Below are positions 1 to 8,680 of a DNA stretch of 39,499 bases, piece by piece; position 1 is the first letter of the stretch; each line of letters starts with the position of its first letter. The position numbers were made by a program, and so were the translations under genes. Source of the stretch: Pseudonocardiaceae bacterium (GTDB lineage: Bacteria > Actinomycetota > Actinomycetes > Mycobacteriales > Pseudonocardiaceae); NCBI GenBank assembly GCA_050699835.1, contig JBOHFW010000055.1, positions 1 through 39,499 on the forward strand, given 5' to 3'. A model generated the notes under the pieces. It was not told the DNA's origin. It worked only from the letters and a program-made list of their open reading frames with translations, and did no database searches.

Positions 1-289
1 CTCCCAGGTCAAGACCTCGTTGAGCACATCGAGCGTGCTGCCCTCGACCTGACGTTGCACCCAGGGCGTCCTGGGACACGATCAGCGATGATGTCCGCTT
101 TCGCCAGGCGAAGCAGTCCCGGCTGAACCCCTCGATGTGAATCAGATCCACCCAGCCATCGCTGATTCGGTAGCCCACCAGCGGAGCGTCCTCCCCCGGC
201 GCGGCACGCTGGAAGGTAAAGCCATCCTGCTTGACCTGGTCGAGTAGTCGCTTTGCGATCACCACATCCGGGCTATCAACAGTCTCCAT
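1..289 (-). CDS. Hypothetical small protein; N-terminus complete, 3' end runs off the window (possible frameshift near 60-70)
   Basis: ATG at 289 (cat 287-289 on +). Reads METVDSPDVVIAKRLLDQVKQDGFTFQRAAPGEDAPLVGYRISDGWVDLIHIEGFSRDCFAWRK... Below about pos 70 the neighbouring frame (..VQRQVEGSTLDVLNEVLTWE) looks more protein-like than the continuing frame. No family recognised. Confidence 0.4.
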   Translation of the reverse strand, partial: METVDSPDVVIAKRLLDQVKQDGFTFQRAAPGEDAPLVGYRISDGWVDLIHIEGFSRDCFAWRKRTSSLIVSQDALGATSGRGQHARCAQRGLDLG

Positions 290-295
290 CGCCCA

Positions 296-610
296 TTGTC
301 CTCACTCCGGTTCGGCGAGATGCCCGAACACGTCCGGTGGGCAGCCGGCGAGCTCGGCGCGCGAGTAGATCTCGCTGGTGCCCGCACCCTGCAAGGTGAT
401 CTTGCTGGAGCGGAGAGCGCGCTGGAGGTGGTGTTCGCGTTAGCGCCGGAACGACGCACCGAGGCCGTGGCGCGCCGCCTGACCAGTCTGGGACGCATGT
501 TGGGTGCAGGTCGTTACCGGCACGCCGTGGAAGCGAGCCGCATCAGCGAGGCAATCGAGGACTTCACTGCTCGTAGCCTTCCGCGTGGTGTTATCCGGGC
601 TATCGACTAA
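296..610 (+). CDS. Hypothetical 104-aa ORF, possibly the C-terminal remnant of a helical regulator
   Basis: Track ORF. GC3 is roughly two thirds by my hand count. Helical Ala/Arg/Leu sequence (..ALEVVFALAPERRTEAVARRLTSLGRMLGAGRYRHAVEASRISEAIEDF..) with no DNA-binding or catalytic motif. Starts 7 nt from the divergent ATG at 289. Confidence 0.25.
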   Translation: MSSLRFGEMPEHVRWAAGELGARVDLAGARTLQGDLAGAESALEVVFALAPERRTEAVARRLTSLGRMLGAGRYRHAVEASRISEAIEDFTARSLPRGVIRAID

Positions 611-963
611 CAGACGAATAGCGTGATTGAGGCGTCGCAACCTGTGTCGGTCGCCGAACACGCATTGATGATGATCCTGGCGGCACGGAGACCGCTGTGT
701 GGGCGCGCCGACCGGAGTGCCATCCGGACCTTCGCACGACGACGCTTAAGGAGATCTTTAAGGAAATCGTCGACTTGGACGGGTTGGCGGCTGAGCGGCC
801 GGATCTGCGGATCGCCGTTGACGATTTCGGGCTTGCCGACGACGGCACAGTAGCCGCCTTTGGTGATCGGGGACTGTGGAGTCCGCATGTTGCTGGCATC
901 ACTGTTGAGGCGTTGGCCGCGATGCAGGATGTAGTAGTTCGTGGGGTGGTGCAAGCCGTTCAT
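607..963 (-). CDS. Hypothetical 118-aa protein
   Basis: Track ORF. Third codon positions are more G/C-rich (about 75% by hand count) than in the overlapping + ORF 697-975 (about 64%), so the minus frame is preferred. No motif recognised. Confidence 0.35.
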   Translation of the reverse strand: MNGLHHPTNYYILHRGQRLNSDASNMRTPQSPITKGGYCAVVGKPEIVNGDPQIRPLSRQPVQVDDFLKDLLKRRRAKVRMALRSARPHSGLRAARIIINACSATDTGCDASITLFVC

Positions 964-1009
964 AGTCCAGCCTGAGCCTGCCCGTCCTGGGTCGGGTCAC
1001 CAGCCAGCG

Positions 1010-1260
1010 GTTAACACCGGAAATGGCGCCGAGCTTGGTTACCAGGTGCAGGAGCGGTTTGCGATGTGCTCGACGTTCAAGGTGCTCGCTGTCGCGGCGA
1101 TCCTGCAGCGGCGCCGGACCGACGCCGGATTGCTCGACCGGCTGGTTCGCTACGACCGATCGCACGTGATAGAGAACGGGGAGCCGGAGCTCCGGACAAC
1201 CACCACATCCTCGCCTCGGCCGCCACGATCGTCGCCCGGGCCTTCACCCACAACACCTGA
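1010..1260 (+). pseudogene. Class A beta-lactamase remnant (5'-truncated, internal deletion with frame change)
   Basis: ..VNTGNGAELGYQVQERFAMCSTFKVLAVAAILQR..LLDRLVRYDRSHV carries the class A S-x-x-K box (STFK). Near 1185-1195 the similarity jumps to another frame, giving a typical C-terminal tail ..ILASAATIVARAFTHNT* (stop 1258-1260). No signal peptide; the SDN and KTG boxes are absent. Confidence 0.6.
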
Positions 1261-1273
1261 GGCATTGAGGCGC

Positions 1274-2098
1274 TCACTGCGCGCCAGATACGGCGGCGTC
1301 CAGGGCTGCGCGCATCTGAGTGATCGGTGCGCGGTGGCCGGTCATCAGCTCGACCTGGGCGACGGCCTGGTGCAGGAGGACCGCCAGACCGCTGACGATC
1401 CGGCAGCCGGCGGCCAGCGCCGATGCGGCCAGCGGTGTGGGCCACGGCGTGTAGACGACATCGAGCACGACCGGTCGGGTAACCCACTGCTGAGGTCTCA
1501 GGATGTCGGCGGCACCGGAGGGCAGGGTGGAGATGACGACGTCAGCCTCGGGCAGCTCGCCATCGGGTAGCCCGCCGGAGATCCTCGGCCGGACACCAAG
1601 CCGCTCGGCCGCGGCGCACAGATCCACTGTTCTGGCCGGATCCCGGACGAGAACCCTCGGCTCGGCCTCACCGAGCTCGCGCAGCGCGGCGAGCGCGGCT
1701 TGGGCTGTGCCGCCGGCCCCCAGGACTACCCCGGCCTGGACTCGATCGACACTCGCTTCGTCCAGCGCGGCGAGAATGCCGGCCACGTCCGTGTTCTCGG
1801 CCCGACGGCGCTGCCCTGACGATTCGAGCAGCAGGGTGTTTGCCGCACCGACCGCGCTGGCCAGCGGGGATACCTCCTCGGCCACGGTCAGTGCCACTCG
1901 CTTGAGCGGCATCGTCAATGACAGTCCGACCCATTCCGGGCCAAGCCGCTCGACAAAGGCGGGGAGCGCCGTCTCGTCGCATTCGACCGCGTCGTAACGC
2001 CAACCGGTCAGGCCAAGTGCCGCGTAAGCAGCGCAGTGCAGAGTCGGCGACAACGAGTGCCGGATCGGGGAACCCAGCACCGCTGCCCGTCGTTTCAT
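1274..2098 (-). CDS. aroE: Shikimate dehydrogenase
   Basis: AVLGSPIRHSLSPTLHCAAYAALGL, LSLTMPLKR, ANTLLL and the GAGGTAQAAL Rossmann motif. Start taken at MKRRAAVLG (ATG 2098) rather than the track start 2140. Confidence 0.85.
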   Translation of the reverse strand: MKRRAAVLGSPIRHSLSPTLHCAAYAALGLTGWRYDAVECDETALPAFVERLGPEWVGLSLTMPLKRVALTVAEEVSPLASAVGAANTLLLESSGQRRRAENTDVAGILAALDEASVDRVQAGVVLGAGGTAQAALAALRELGEAEPRVLVRDPARTVDLCAAAERLGVRPRISGGLPDGELPEADVVISTLPSGAADILRPQQWVTRPVVLDVVYTPWPTPLAASALAAGCRIVSGLAVLLHQAVAQVELMTGHRAPITQMRAALDAAVSGAQ

Positions 2099-2307
2099 CG
2101 ACTTGCTAGCCCCCCTCACCGATCTTCCCATGCTGTACACCCATCGTTCACCACGGAGCCAGTATCAAGGATCCGCCAACAGTGCTGGTATGCAGTCTTG
2201 CCCGGACCGTTTCCGGTCTGTTATTGAGGTTTCGCGGAGTAAGGTCGTGTTCGCGGTCTGCAGCTGTTCGGCATCCAACTCGTCGACGTCAGTGAGGAGG
2301 GCGACCG

Positions 2308-3114
2308 ATGGAACTGCCGAGCTGGGCCTCGGACGATGTGGACATCGAGCACCCCAGTCCCGCCCGGGTGTACGACTACTACCTCGGTGGCTCGCACAAC
2401 TTCGCCGTGGATCGGCAGTTGGCCCGCCAGGCGATCGAGCTGTGGCCGGAACTGCCGTTGATCATGCAAGCCAACCGGGCGTTCCTGCGCCGCTCGGTGC
2501 GTTACCTGGTGAGCCAAGGCATCACCCAGTTCCTGGACATCGGCTCCGGTATCCCCACCGAGGGAAACGTGCACGAGGTCGCCCAGGTCGCCTCGCCCCA
2601 GTGCCGGGTTGTGTACGTGGACATCGATCCGGTGGCCGCCATACATAGCCGGGCAATCCTGGCCGGAAATCCGCTCGCTGACATCATCCAGGCCGACCTG
2701 CGCGACGTGATGACAATCTTCGATGACCCCACGGTGCAGAGACTGCTCGATCTGACCCAGCCGATCGGTGTGCTCATGGTGGCGATGTTGCACTTCGTTC
2801 CGGATGCGGCGGACCCAGCGAGCATCGTTGCTCTCTACCGCAAGATGATGCCGCCCGGCAGCTATCTCGTCGTCTCACACGCCACCCACGAAGGCCGGCC
2901 TGATCAAGCCAAGTCGCACACCGAGCTCTACCGGCGTGCCGGTGCACCACTGACCATGCGGTCCCGAGCAGAGATCGAAGAGTTGCTCGACGGGTTCGAC
3001 CTTGTCCCGCCTGGAATAGTGTTCATGCCCCTGTGGCGTCCGGACTCGCCGGCAGACGTCGATGATCACCCCGAACGGTTCACCGGTTATGCGGTGGTAG
3101 GCCGACGAGCATGA
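2308..3114 (+). CDS. SAM-dependent methyltransferase (Methyltransf_19 / DUF574-like)
   Basis: ARVYDYYLGGSHNFAVDRQLA...ANRAFLRRSVRYL...FLDIGSGIPT is the hallmark N-terminal region of this actinobacterial family. The stop overlaps the next start (ATGA at 3111-3114). Confidence 0.8.
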   Translation: MELPSWASDDVDIEHPSPARVYDYYLGGSHNFAVDRQLARQAIELWPELPLIMQANRAFLRRSVRYLVSQGITQFLDIGSGIPTEGNVHEVAQVASPQCRVVYVDIDPVAAIHSRAILAGNPLADIIQADLRDVMTIFDDPTVQRLLDLTQPIGVLMVAMLHFVPDAADPASIVALYRKMMPPGSYLVVSHATHEGRPDQAKSHTELYRRAGAPLTMRSRAEIEELLDGFDLVPPGIVFMPLWRPDSPADVDDHPERFTGYAVVGRRA

Positions 3115-5243
3115 CCGACGTCGATCACGAGGCGTTCGCCCGGCGTTGGGCCGAGGCGATCGTGGGCACGAGCTACGTGTCGATGGGACGCCGCGTGCTC
3201 GCCAAACACCTGCTGGGGCTCACCGGGCAATTGGTCGATGCCGCGCTGGCCGTGGATTTCGACCCGTCGATCGGGCGCCGGGTCGGCGTCGACATGGTCG
3301 CGGCACATTTCACCGGCACCGAGACGCTCAGCAAGACTCTCGCTCTGATCGCTGAGGGACTGCCTGGTTTGCTGGGTCGCGCTCCAGACGCCGACATCGC
3401 CAACCGGCTTGCGCAGCTGGTCGGCGCGCTGGCCGCGGGTTATGCCGGTGCGTTGCGCGAGCGCAGCCTCGATGAGCAGGATGCGGTGTATCGCGCGGGG
3501 CTGCGTGCCCGCAGGCAGGCTGAACAGGCTCTCGCGGCCAGCGAGGCGAAATTCCGTGCCATGTTCATGGAGGCGGCGATAGGGATTGGGATCGGTGATC
3601 TGGAAGGCAACATCACCGACGTCAATCCGGCGTTGCTACAGATGTTCGGTTACACCCGTGAGGAATTCACCCAGCTCCATGTCAGCGCGATGGTCCACCC
3701 GGAAGACGCCCCCAGCGTGTGGCAACTCTACGATGAGCTGATCCGTGGTGAGCGTGACCATTTCCGAGCGGAGAAGCGGTATTACCGATCCGACGGCGGG
3801 GAGATCTGGAGTCAGGTGACCGTGTCGTTGGTCCGTGACGAATCCGGAGAGCCCGCTTACCAGGTGGCGATGCTGCAGGACATCTCTGAACGGCGTCACC
3901 TGGAGGCCAAGTTGCACCACCAGGCTTATCACGACCCGCTGACCACGCTCGCCAACCGGCAGATGGTCACCGAGCAGCTGGCGCAGATATTCGCGGGACC
4001 AGCGGGGGAACGGCGGGTTGGATTATGCTTTCTTGACCTAGATGGTTTCAAAGTAGTCAATGACAGCCTGGGACATGACGTCGGCGATGAATTGTTGAAA
4101 ACCGTCGCCGCACGGCTGACTCGCTGTTGCGGTCCGGGGCGGCTGGTGGGGCGAATGGGCGGCGATGAATTCGTGATTATCGTTGAGAATACCGCCGGAG
4201 AGCAAGACGTGACCGTGTTGGCGGACAAAGTGCTGGCCGCCATGGCTGAGCCGGTTCGAGTCGACCAGCATGAGCTCACGGTGACGACGAGCATCGGTGT
4301 CGTCGAGCGGGCGGTGGCGGACACCAGCCCCGAAGACCTCCTGCAGGCCGCCGATATCACCATGTACCGGGCGAAAGCAGCTGGTAAGGCTCGCTACGCC
4401 ATGTTCGACCAGAATCGCAACGATGATGAGGTGGCTCGTTTCACGCTGTCCGCAACGATGCTGGCGGCGGTGGAGCGCGGCGAGTTCTTCCTCGACTACC
4501 AGCCCCTGATCCGCTTACAGGACCGCTCGTTGGTCGGCGTTGAGGCTCTGGTGCGGTGGCGGCATCCGACCTTCGGGGTCCTCGGGCCCGAACGTTTCAT
4601 CGATCTCGCCGAGGAGAGCGGGTCGATCGTGCAGCTCGGACGTTGGGTGCTCGCCCGAGCGTGCGAGCAGGCCCGGGCGTGGCGGGACGCTTTCGATGGT
4701 GCCGCGCCGTTTGTCAGCGTCAACCTCGCGCTCCGGCAGCTTCACGAGCCTTCCCTGGTGGCTGACGTCACGGAGATTCTGGTCGATAACGGGCTGGAGC
4801 CCGCCAGCCTGCAACTCGAGCTCACCGAGAAGGCCCTGATGGGCGATGAGGCGGGCCCACTCACGGTGTTGACGAAGCTGCGCGGGATGGGCGTGCGGAT
4901 CGCCCTGGACGACTTCGGCATCGGATATTGGAATATTCCCGATCTGCGCCGGCTCCCGCTGCATGAGCTCAAGTTGGCCGGTTCGTTCGCAGTGGGCATG
5001 CAGTCTGCCTCCGGCCTGGTGGATCAGCGGATTGTGGCGGCGCTAGTGGATCTGGCGCACGCGCTGGGCTTGACGGTCACCGCGGAAGGCATCGAGACCT
5101 CGGCGCAATTCGTGCGGTTCCGCGCTGCGGGATGTGACATCGGTCAAGGTTCGTTGATTGGCTCACCCGGTCCTGCCGAACAGATCGACGCCATGCTGGG
5201 GGCCGCCAATTCGCTCTGTGACGTCAGCAGAGAGGCGCGATGA
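3111..5243 (+). CDS. PAS-GGDEF-EAL signalling protein (diguanylate cyclase/phosphodiesterase)
   Basis: PAS segment (..GIGDLEGNITDVNPALLQMFGYTREEF..), GGDEF box (RMGGDEFVI), and EAL domain boxes (GVEALVRW, LELTEKAL, DDFGIGY). Confidence 0.9.
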   Translation: MTDVDHEAFARRWAEAIVGTSYVSMGRRVLAKHLLGLTGQLVDAALAVDFDPSIGRRVGVDMVAAHFTGTETLSKTLALIAEGLPGLLGRAPDADIANRLAQLVGALAAGYAGALRERSLDEQDAVYRAGLRARRQAEQALAASEAKFRAMFMEAAIGIGIGDLEGNITDVNPALLQMFGYTREEFTQLHVSAMVHPEDAPSVWQLYDELIRGERDHFRAEKRYYRSDGGEIWSQVTVSLVRDESGEPAYQVAMLQDISERRHLEAKLHHQAYHDPLTTLANRQMVTEQLAQIFAGPAGERRVGLCFLDLDGFKVVNDSLGHDVGDELLKTVAARLTRCCGPGRLVGRMGGDEFVIIVENTAGEQDVTVLADKVLAAMAEPVRVDQHELTVTTSIGVVERAVADTSPEDLLQAADITMYRAKAAGKARYAMFDQNRNDDEVARFTLSATMLAAVERGEFFLDYQPLIRLQDRSLVGVEALVRWRHPTFGVLGPERFIDLAEESGSIVQLGRWVLARACEQARAWRDAFDGAAPFVSVNLALRQLHEPSLVADVTEILVDNGLEPASLQLELTEKALMGDEAGPLTVLTKLRGMGVRIALDDFGIGYWNIPDLRRLPLHELKLAGSFAVGMQSASGLVDQRIVAALVDLAHALGLTVTAEGIETSAQFVRFRAAGCDIGQGSLIGSPGPAEQIDAMLGAANSLCDVSREAR

Positions 5244-5743
5244 CGCCGGTCGACATCGCGATCCTGCTGCTCCGCGTGGTCGTGGGTCTCACCTTGGTGG
5301 CACATGGTTACAACCATGTGTGGGGAAGCGGCGGGCTGACCGGCACTACCCGCTGGTTCGGCTCGCTCGGTTTGCGACCGCCCAAGCTGCACGCCGTGGT
5401 CAGCGGCGCCGGAGAGCTCGCCGCCGGGTCGTCGTTGGGGATCGGGTTTCTTACCGCGCCGGCGGCGGCGTTCGTCGTGGGGGCCATGGTGGTGGCCGGG
5501 ATCGCTGCGCATCGCCCGAACGGATTTTTCGTGTTCCGAGATGGTTATGAGTACGTGCTCATGATCGGCGTTGTGTGTGCGGTGATCGGGTTGCTCGGAC
5601 CGGGTGCCGCTTCGGTGGACCGGCTGCTCGGTACCGACGTGGCGGGCGCCATCGGGCTGGCCATCGTGGTCGGGGGAGGTGTCCTGGGCGCTGCGGTGCT
5701 TCTGGCCGCCACCTGGCGGCCTGCTCGATCGCTGAAGGACTGA
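5240..5743 (+). CDS. DoxX family membrane protein
   Basis: 167 aa with about four hydrophobic helices. ..VVGLTLVAHGYNHVWG.. is typical of DoxX. ATGA overlap with the upstream gene at 5240-5243. Confidence 0.7.
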   Translation: MTPVDIAILLLRVVVGLTLVAHGYNHVWGSGGLTGTTRWFGSLGLRPPKLHAVVSGAGELAAGSSLGIGFLTAPAAAFVVGAMVVAGIAAHRPNGFFVFRDGYEYVLMIGVVCAVIGLLGPGAASVDRLLGTDVAGAIGLAIVVGGGVLGAAVLLAATWRPARSLKD

Positions 5744-5975
5744 TCACGCGCCGGTAGGAGGCGTCGTGCTGAGCGTGGACGCCTACCGGATGCAACCGAT
5801 CCGGCGCACAGGCGTCTCGTTCATAGCTGCCAATCGCGCCAACGGCCCCTATGATTGCGTAGCGTTGACGGTTGTGCGCGCTACGTGTTCACTTATTACA
5901 GGGCGTGCTCTGGGTGTAGCAGTGTGTGATGTGGATGTGGCAGTGCGTCTCGATGTGTCGAACAGGGGAGGCCTC

Positions 5976-7436
5976 ATGTCTCAACGGGGTTGGCTGACTG
6001 GTCTGCTGGCCAGTGGGCTGATCGGTGGAGCTTCGCTGACCGCCATACCGGCGAGTGCGGAACCGGCGCTCGCACCGCTGTCACCTACACTAGTCGGTCA
6101 ATTGCTGTCGGCAGCCTCTCCTCGGGTGGCGGTGATGGTGCATGGAGCGACCCTTGCCGACGCCGAGCGGGCGGTCAGCGCCACCGGGATGCGGCGCGTC
6201 ACCACCTTCCGCAAGATCGGAGTGGTGGCCGCATCGGCGACCAGGCAACAGGTCGAAGCAGCCCGCACCCAACCCGGCGTGACCTACCTCGAGGGCAACG
6301 AGCCGATCGCGCCACGCGCCGCCAACTCTCAGCTCGCCACCCGTGGCTTAGAGGCCAGGCAGACGCTGATCGGGGCGAACGGCGCAGCGCTGGAGGGTAG
6401 CGGCGTCAGCATCGCGGTGATCGATTCCGGGATCGACCCCACGCACCCGTCTTTCGCTGGTGGCAAGGTGGCGCGCAGCTTGAAGAGCGTGTGCCTTGAT
6501 GAGGCCAGCACCGACACCAACTGCATCGTGGATGTGCCCAACGGCGTGGACACCGACCTGCTGTCCCTAGGGGGGCATGGTAGCCATGTGGCCAGCATCG
6601 CCGCCGGCCGCAGTGTCACTCTCAGTGATGGCACCATCGTGTCTGGCGCCGCACCCGACGCCAAGATCGTCTCGTTGGCGACCGGTGCGGCGGTAGCGAT
6701 CCTCAGCGCGGACACGTCGTTGAACTGGGTGCTGGAGAACCACAATGCGCCGTGCGGAGACTCAGTGCTTCCCAGGTATTGTCCGCCGATCAAGGTAGTC
6801 AACAACTCCTATGGATCGCCCGGTGGCGGCAAGTTCGATCCGAACTCGGCGACTGTCAAGCTTCAGCGCCAGCTGGTCAAAGAAGGCGTGGTCGTGGTGT
6901 GGGCCGCCGGCAATGACGGCGGAGACGGCTCGAAGAGTCTCACCAACCCGCCGTCTCAGGATCCGACCGGCGGGGTCATCTCGGTGGCCTCCTACAACGA
7001 CCAAGGCACCGGTACCCGCAGTGGCCCGATATCCGCTTTCTCCTCGCGCGGTGTGAAGGATGACCCGTCGACCTGGCCAGATATCTCGGCGCCCGGGGAG
7101 AATATCGTTGGTGCCTGCCGTGCCTACTTGCCGATCTGCTCCACCGGGCTCAAGCCGCAAAGTGGTCCGGGTCTTCTCGACGTGGGTAGCTACAACACAC
7201 TCAGCGGCACGTCGATGGCTGCACCGCAGATTAGCGGGATTGTGGCGTTGCTGTTCCAGGTCGATCCCACGGCGACGCCAGCAGAGATCGAGAAGGTGCT
7301 GAAGTCGACCGCGTTGCGTTATTCCAACGGCGCCCCTTACCAGCAGGTGGGCGTATACCCGACATCCTTCGACAAGGGCACCGGATTGGTCGACGCGGTG
7401 GCTGCCTCGAAAGCGCTGGGGGCCCATAGCCACTGA
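5976..7436 (+). CDS. Secreted S8 (subtilisin-like) serine peptidase
   Basis: Catalytic triad boxes AVIDSGIDPTHP (Asp), GGHGSHVASIAAG (His), LSGTSMAAPQISG (Ser). Signal-like N-terminus MSQRGWLTGLLASGLIGGASLTAIPASA, preceded by AGGGGAGG. Start taken at ATG 5976, not the track start 5766. Confidence 0.85.
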   Translation: MSQRGWLTGLLASGLIGGASLTAIPASAEPALAPLSPTLVGQLLSAASPRVAVMVHGATLADAERAVSATGMRRVTTFRKIGVVAASATRQQVEAARTQPGVTYLEGNEPIAPRAANSQLATRGLEARQTLIGANGAALEGSGVSIAVIDSGIDPTHPSFAGGKVARSLKSVCLDEASTDTNCIVDVPNGVDTDLLSLGGHGSHVASIAAGRSVTLSDGTIVSGAAPDAKIVSLATGAAVAILSADTSLNWVLENHNAPCGDSVLPRYCPPIKVVNNSYGSPGGGKFDPNSATVKLQRQLVKEGVVVVWAAGNDGGDGSKSLTNPPSQDPTGGVISVASYNDQGTGTRSGPISAFSSRGVKDDPSTWPDISAPGENIVGACRAYLPICSTGLKPQSGPGLLDVGSYNTLSGTSMAAPQISGIVALLFQVDPTATPAEIEKVLKSTALRYSNGAPYQQVGVYPTSFDKGTGLVDAVAASKALGAHSH

Positions 7437-7445
7437 CCTTCTTGG

Positions 7446-7489
7446 CCGCGACACACGCCAGTCAGCTGGCGGTTCGGCGTGTGTCGCGG
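7446..7489 (+). terminator. Stem-loop terminator after the S8 peptidase gene
   Basis: Perfect 14-bp inverted repeat CCGCGACACACGCC (7446-7459) / GGCGTGTGTCGCGG (7476-7489) with a 16-nt loop, starting 10 nt after the stop. No U-tract. Confidence 0.55.
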
Positions 7490-7570
7490 GCACAATGTGT
7501 GACGGTGCTGCCGTTGGCGATCACGAGGACGTAGGGGAAGACGCTCCTCGTCGATTAGCGGAGGCACCAC

Positions 7571-8062
7571 ATGAGCACCAGTGGGATTGTTTTCGTCCAC
7601 TCGTCGCCGTCTGCGGTATGTCCGCACGTCGAGTGGGCTATAGCGGGCGTCTTACAGACCAAGGTGGACCTGCAGTGGGTTGCCCAGGCGGCGGCGCCGG
7701 GTCAGCTACGGGCCGAATGCGATTGGTCCGGCGAACCCGGTACCGCGGCGGCCTTGGTTAGCGCGCTGCGGGCATGGCCGATGCTGCGCTTCGAGGTCAC
7801 CGAGGAACCTAGCCCGGGGCTGGATGGAGAACGGCTCTGCTTCGTACCTGGGCTCGGCTTGTGGCGATCTCGCACCAGCGCCAACGGCGACATCACGGTT
7901 GGCGAGGACCAGCTACGATCGCTGGCCGCCACCGCTCGTGACACAGAGTCCTTCGCTCATCAACTCGATCAGCTCCTAGGTGCCCCCTGGGACGACGCCC
8001 TGGAACCCTTTCGTCGCGCGTCCGACGGCGCCCCGGTGACTTGGCTCCACCGCGTCGGCTGA
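7571..8062 (+). CDS. DUF3145-like conserved actinobacterial protein
   Basis: MSTSGIVFVHSSPSAVCPHVEWAIAGVL...LQW..QPAAPG..R.E..W.G.PGT matches my memory of DUF3145. GGAGG lies 8 nt upstream of the ATG. Confidence 0.7.
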   Translation: MSTSGIVFVHSSPSAVCPHVEWAIAGVLQTKVDLQWVAQAAAPGQLRAECDWSGEPGTAAALVSALRAWPMLRFEVTEEPSPGLDGERLCFVPGLGLWRSRTSANGDITVGEDQLRSLAATARDTESFAHQLDQLLGAPWDDALEPFRRASDGAPVTWLHRVG

Positions 8063-8127
8063 CAACCCACCCCACCCCTATATGGAGACATATCGGGGTA
8101 AGAGGAGGTGGGGGATAGGCTCTGCGG

Positions 8128-8676
8128 GTGGCGCGGTTTCTCCTGGTGATGATTGTGGTGTTGGCTGGTGCGGCGGGGGTGGGGGTGCTGCTCCAGGACC
8201 AGCCGATCGCTAGGGCTGATAGTGGTCCATCGGTCGTGCAGAACGTACCGCCGAGACCGCCGGAGCCGGGGCCGGCCACCGTGGTGCTGGTCGAAGACGT
8301 GGTGCTGCATCCCGGTGCTGATCGCATCCGGAAGGTGATGCAGCAGTATTTCGACGCGATCAACGCAGGTGATTACCAGTTGTGGAGCGGCGCGGTCATC
8401 CCACAATGGGCTCGTGACACGGGTGAGGCTGCCTGGCGCACCCAGTACCGGTCCACGCTGGATGGGAGCATGGTGGTACACCGCCTGGAGCCCCGAGCCG
8501 GTGGTGGGCTCGTCGCGCTGACGTCGTTCACCAGCCTGCAGAACCCGGCCGACGCTCCCCCTGAGCTGCCGGTGCGATGTCTGCGGTGGTGGGTTTCCTA
8601 TCCTCTGGTCGGCGAGGGTGAGGCGCTGCGGCTGGGTCCGAGCTCGCCGACTGCGAATCGGCTGGTGGCCTGCTGA
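8128..8676 (+). CDS. Hypothetical membrane-anchored/secreted protein
   Basis: N-terminal hydrophobic helix MARFLLVMIVVLAGAAGVGVLL, a Pro-rich linker, then a globular domain (..YFDAINAGDYQLWSGAV.. is NTF2/SnoaL-like in flavour). GTG start. Confidence 0.5.
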   Translation: MARFLLVMIVVLAGAAGVGVLLQDQPIARADSGPSVVQNVPPRPPEPGPATVVLVEDVVLHPGADRIRKVMQQYFDAINAGDYQLWSGAVIPQWARDTGEAAWRTQYRSTLDGSMVVHRLEPRAGGGLVALTSFTSLQNPADAPPELPVRCLRWWVSYPLVGEGEALRLGPSSPTANRLVAC

Positions 8677-8680
8677 CCAA

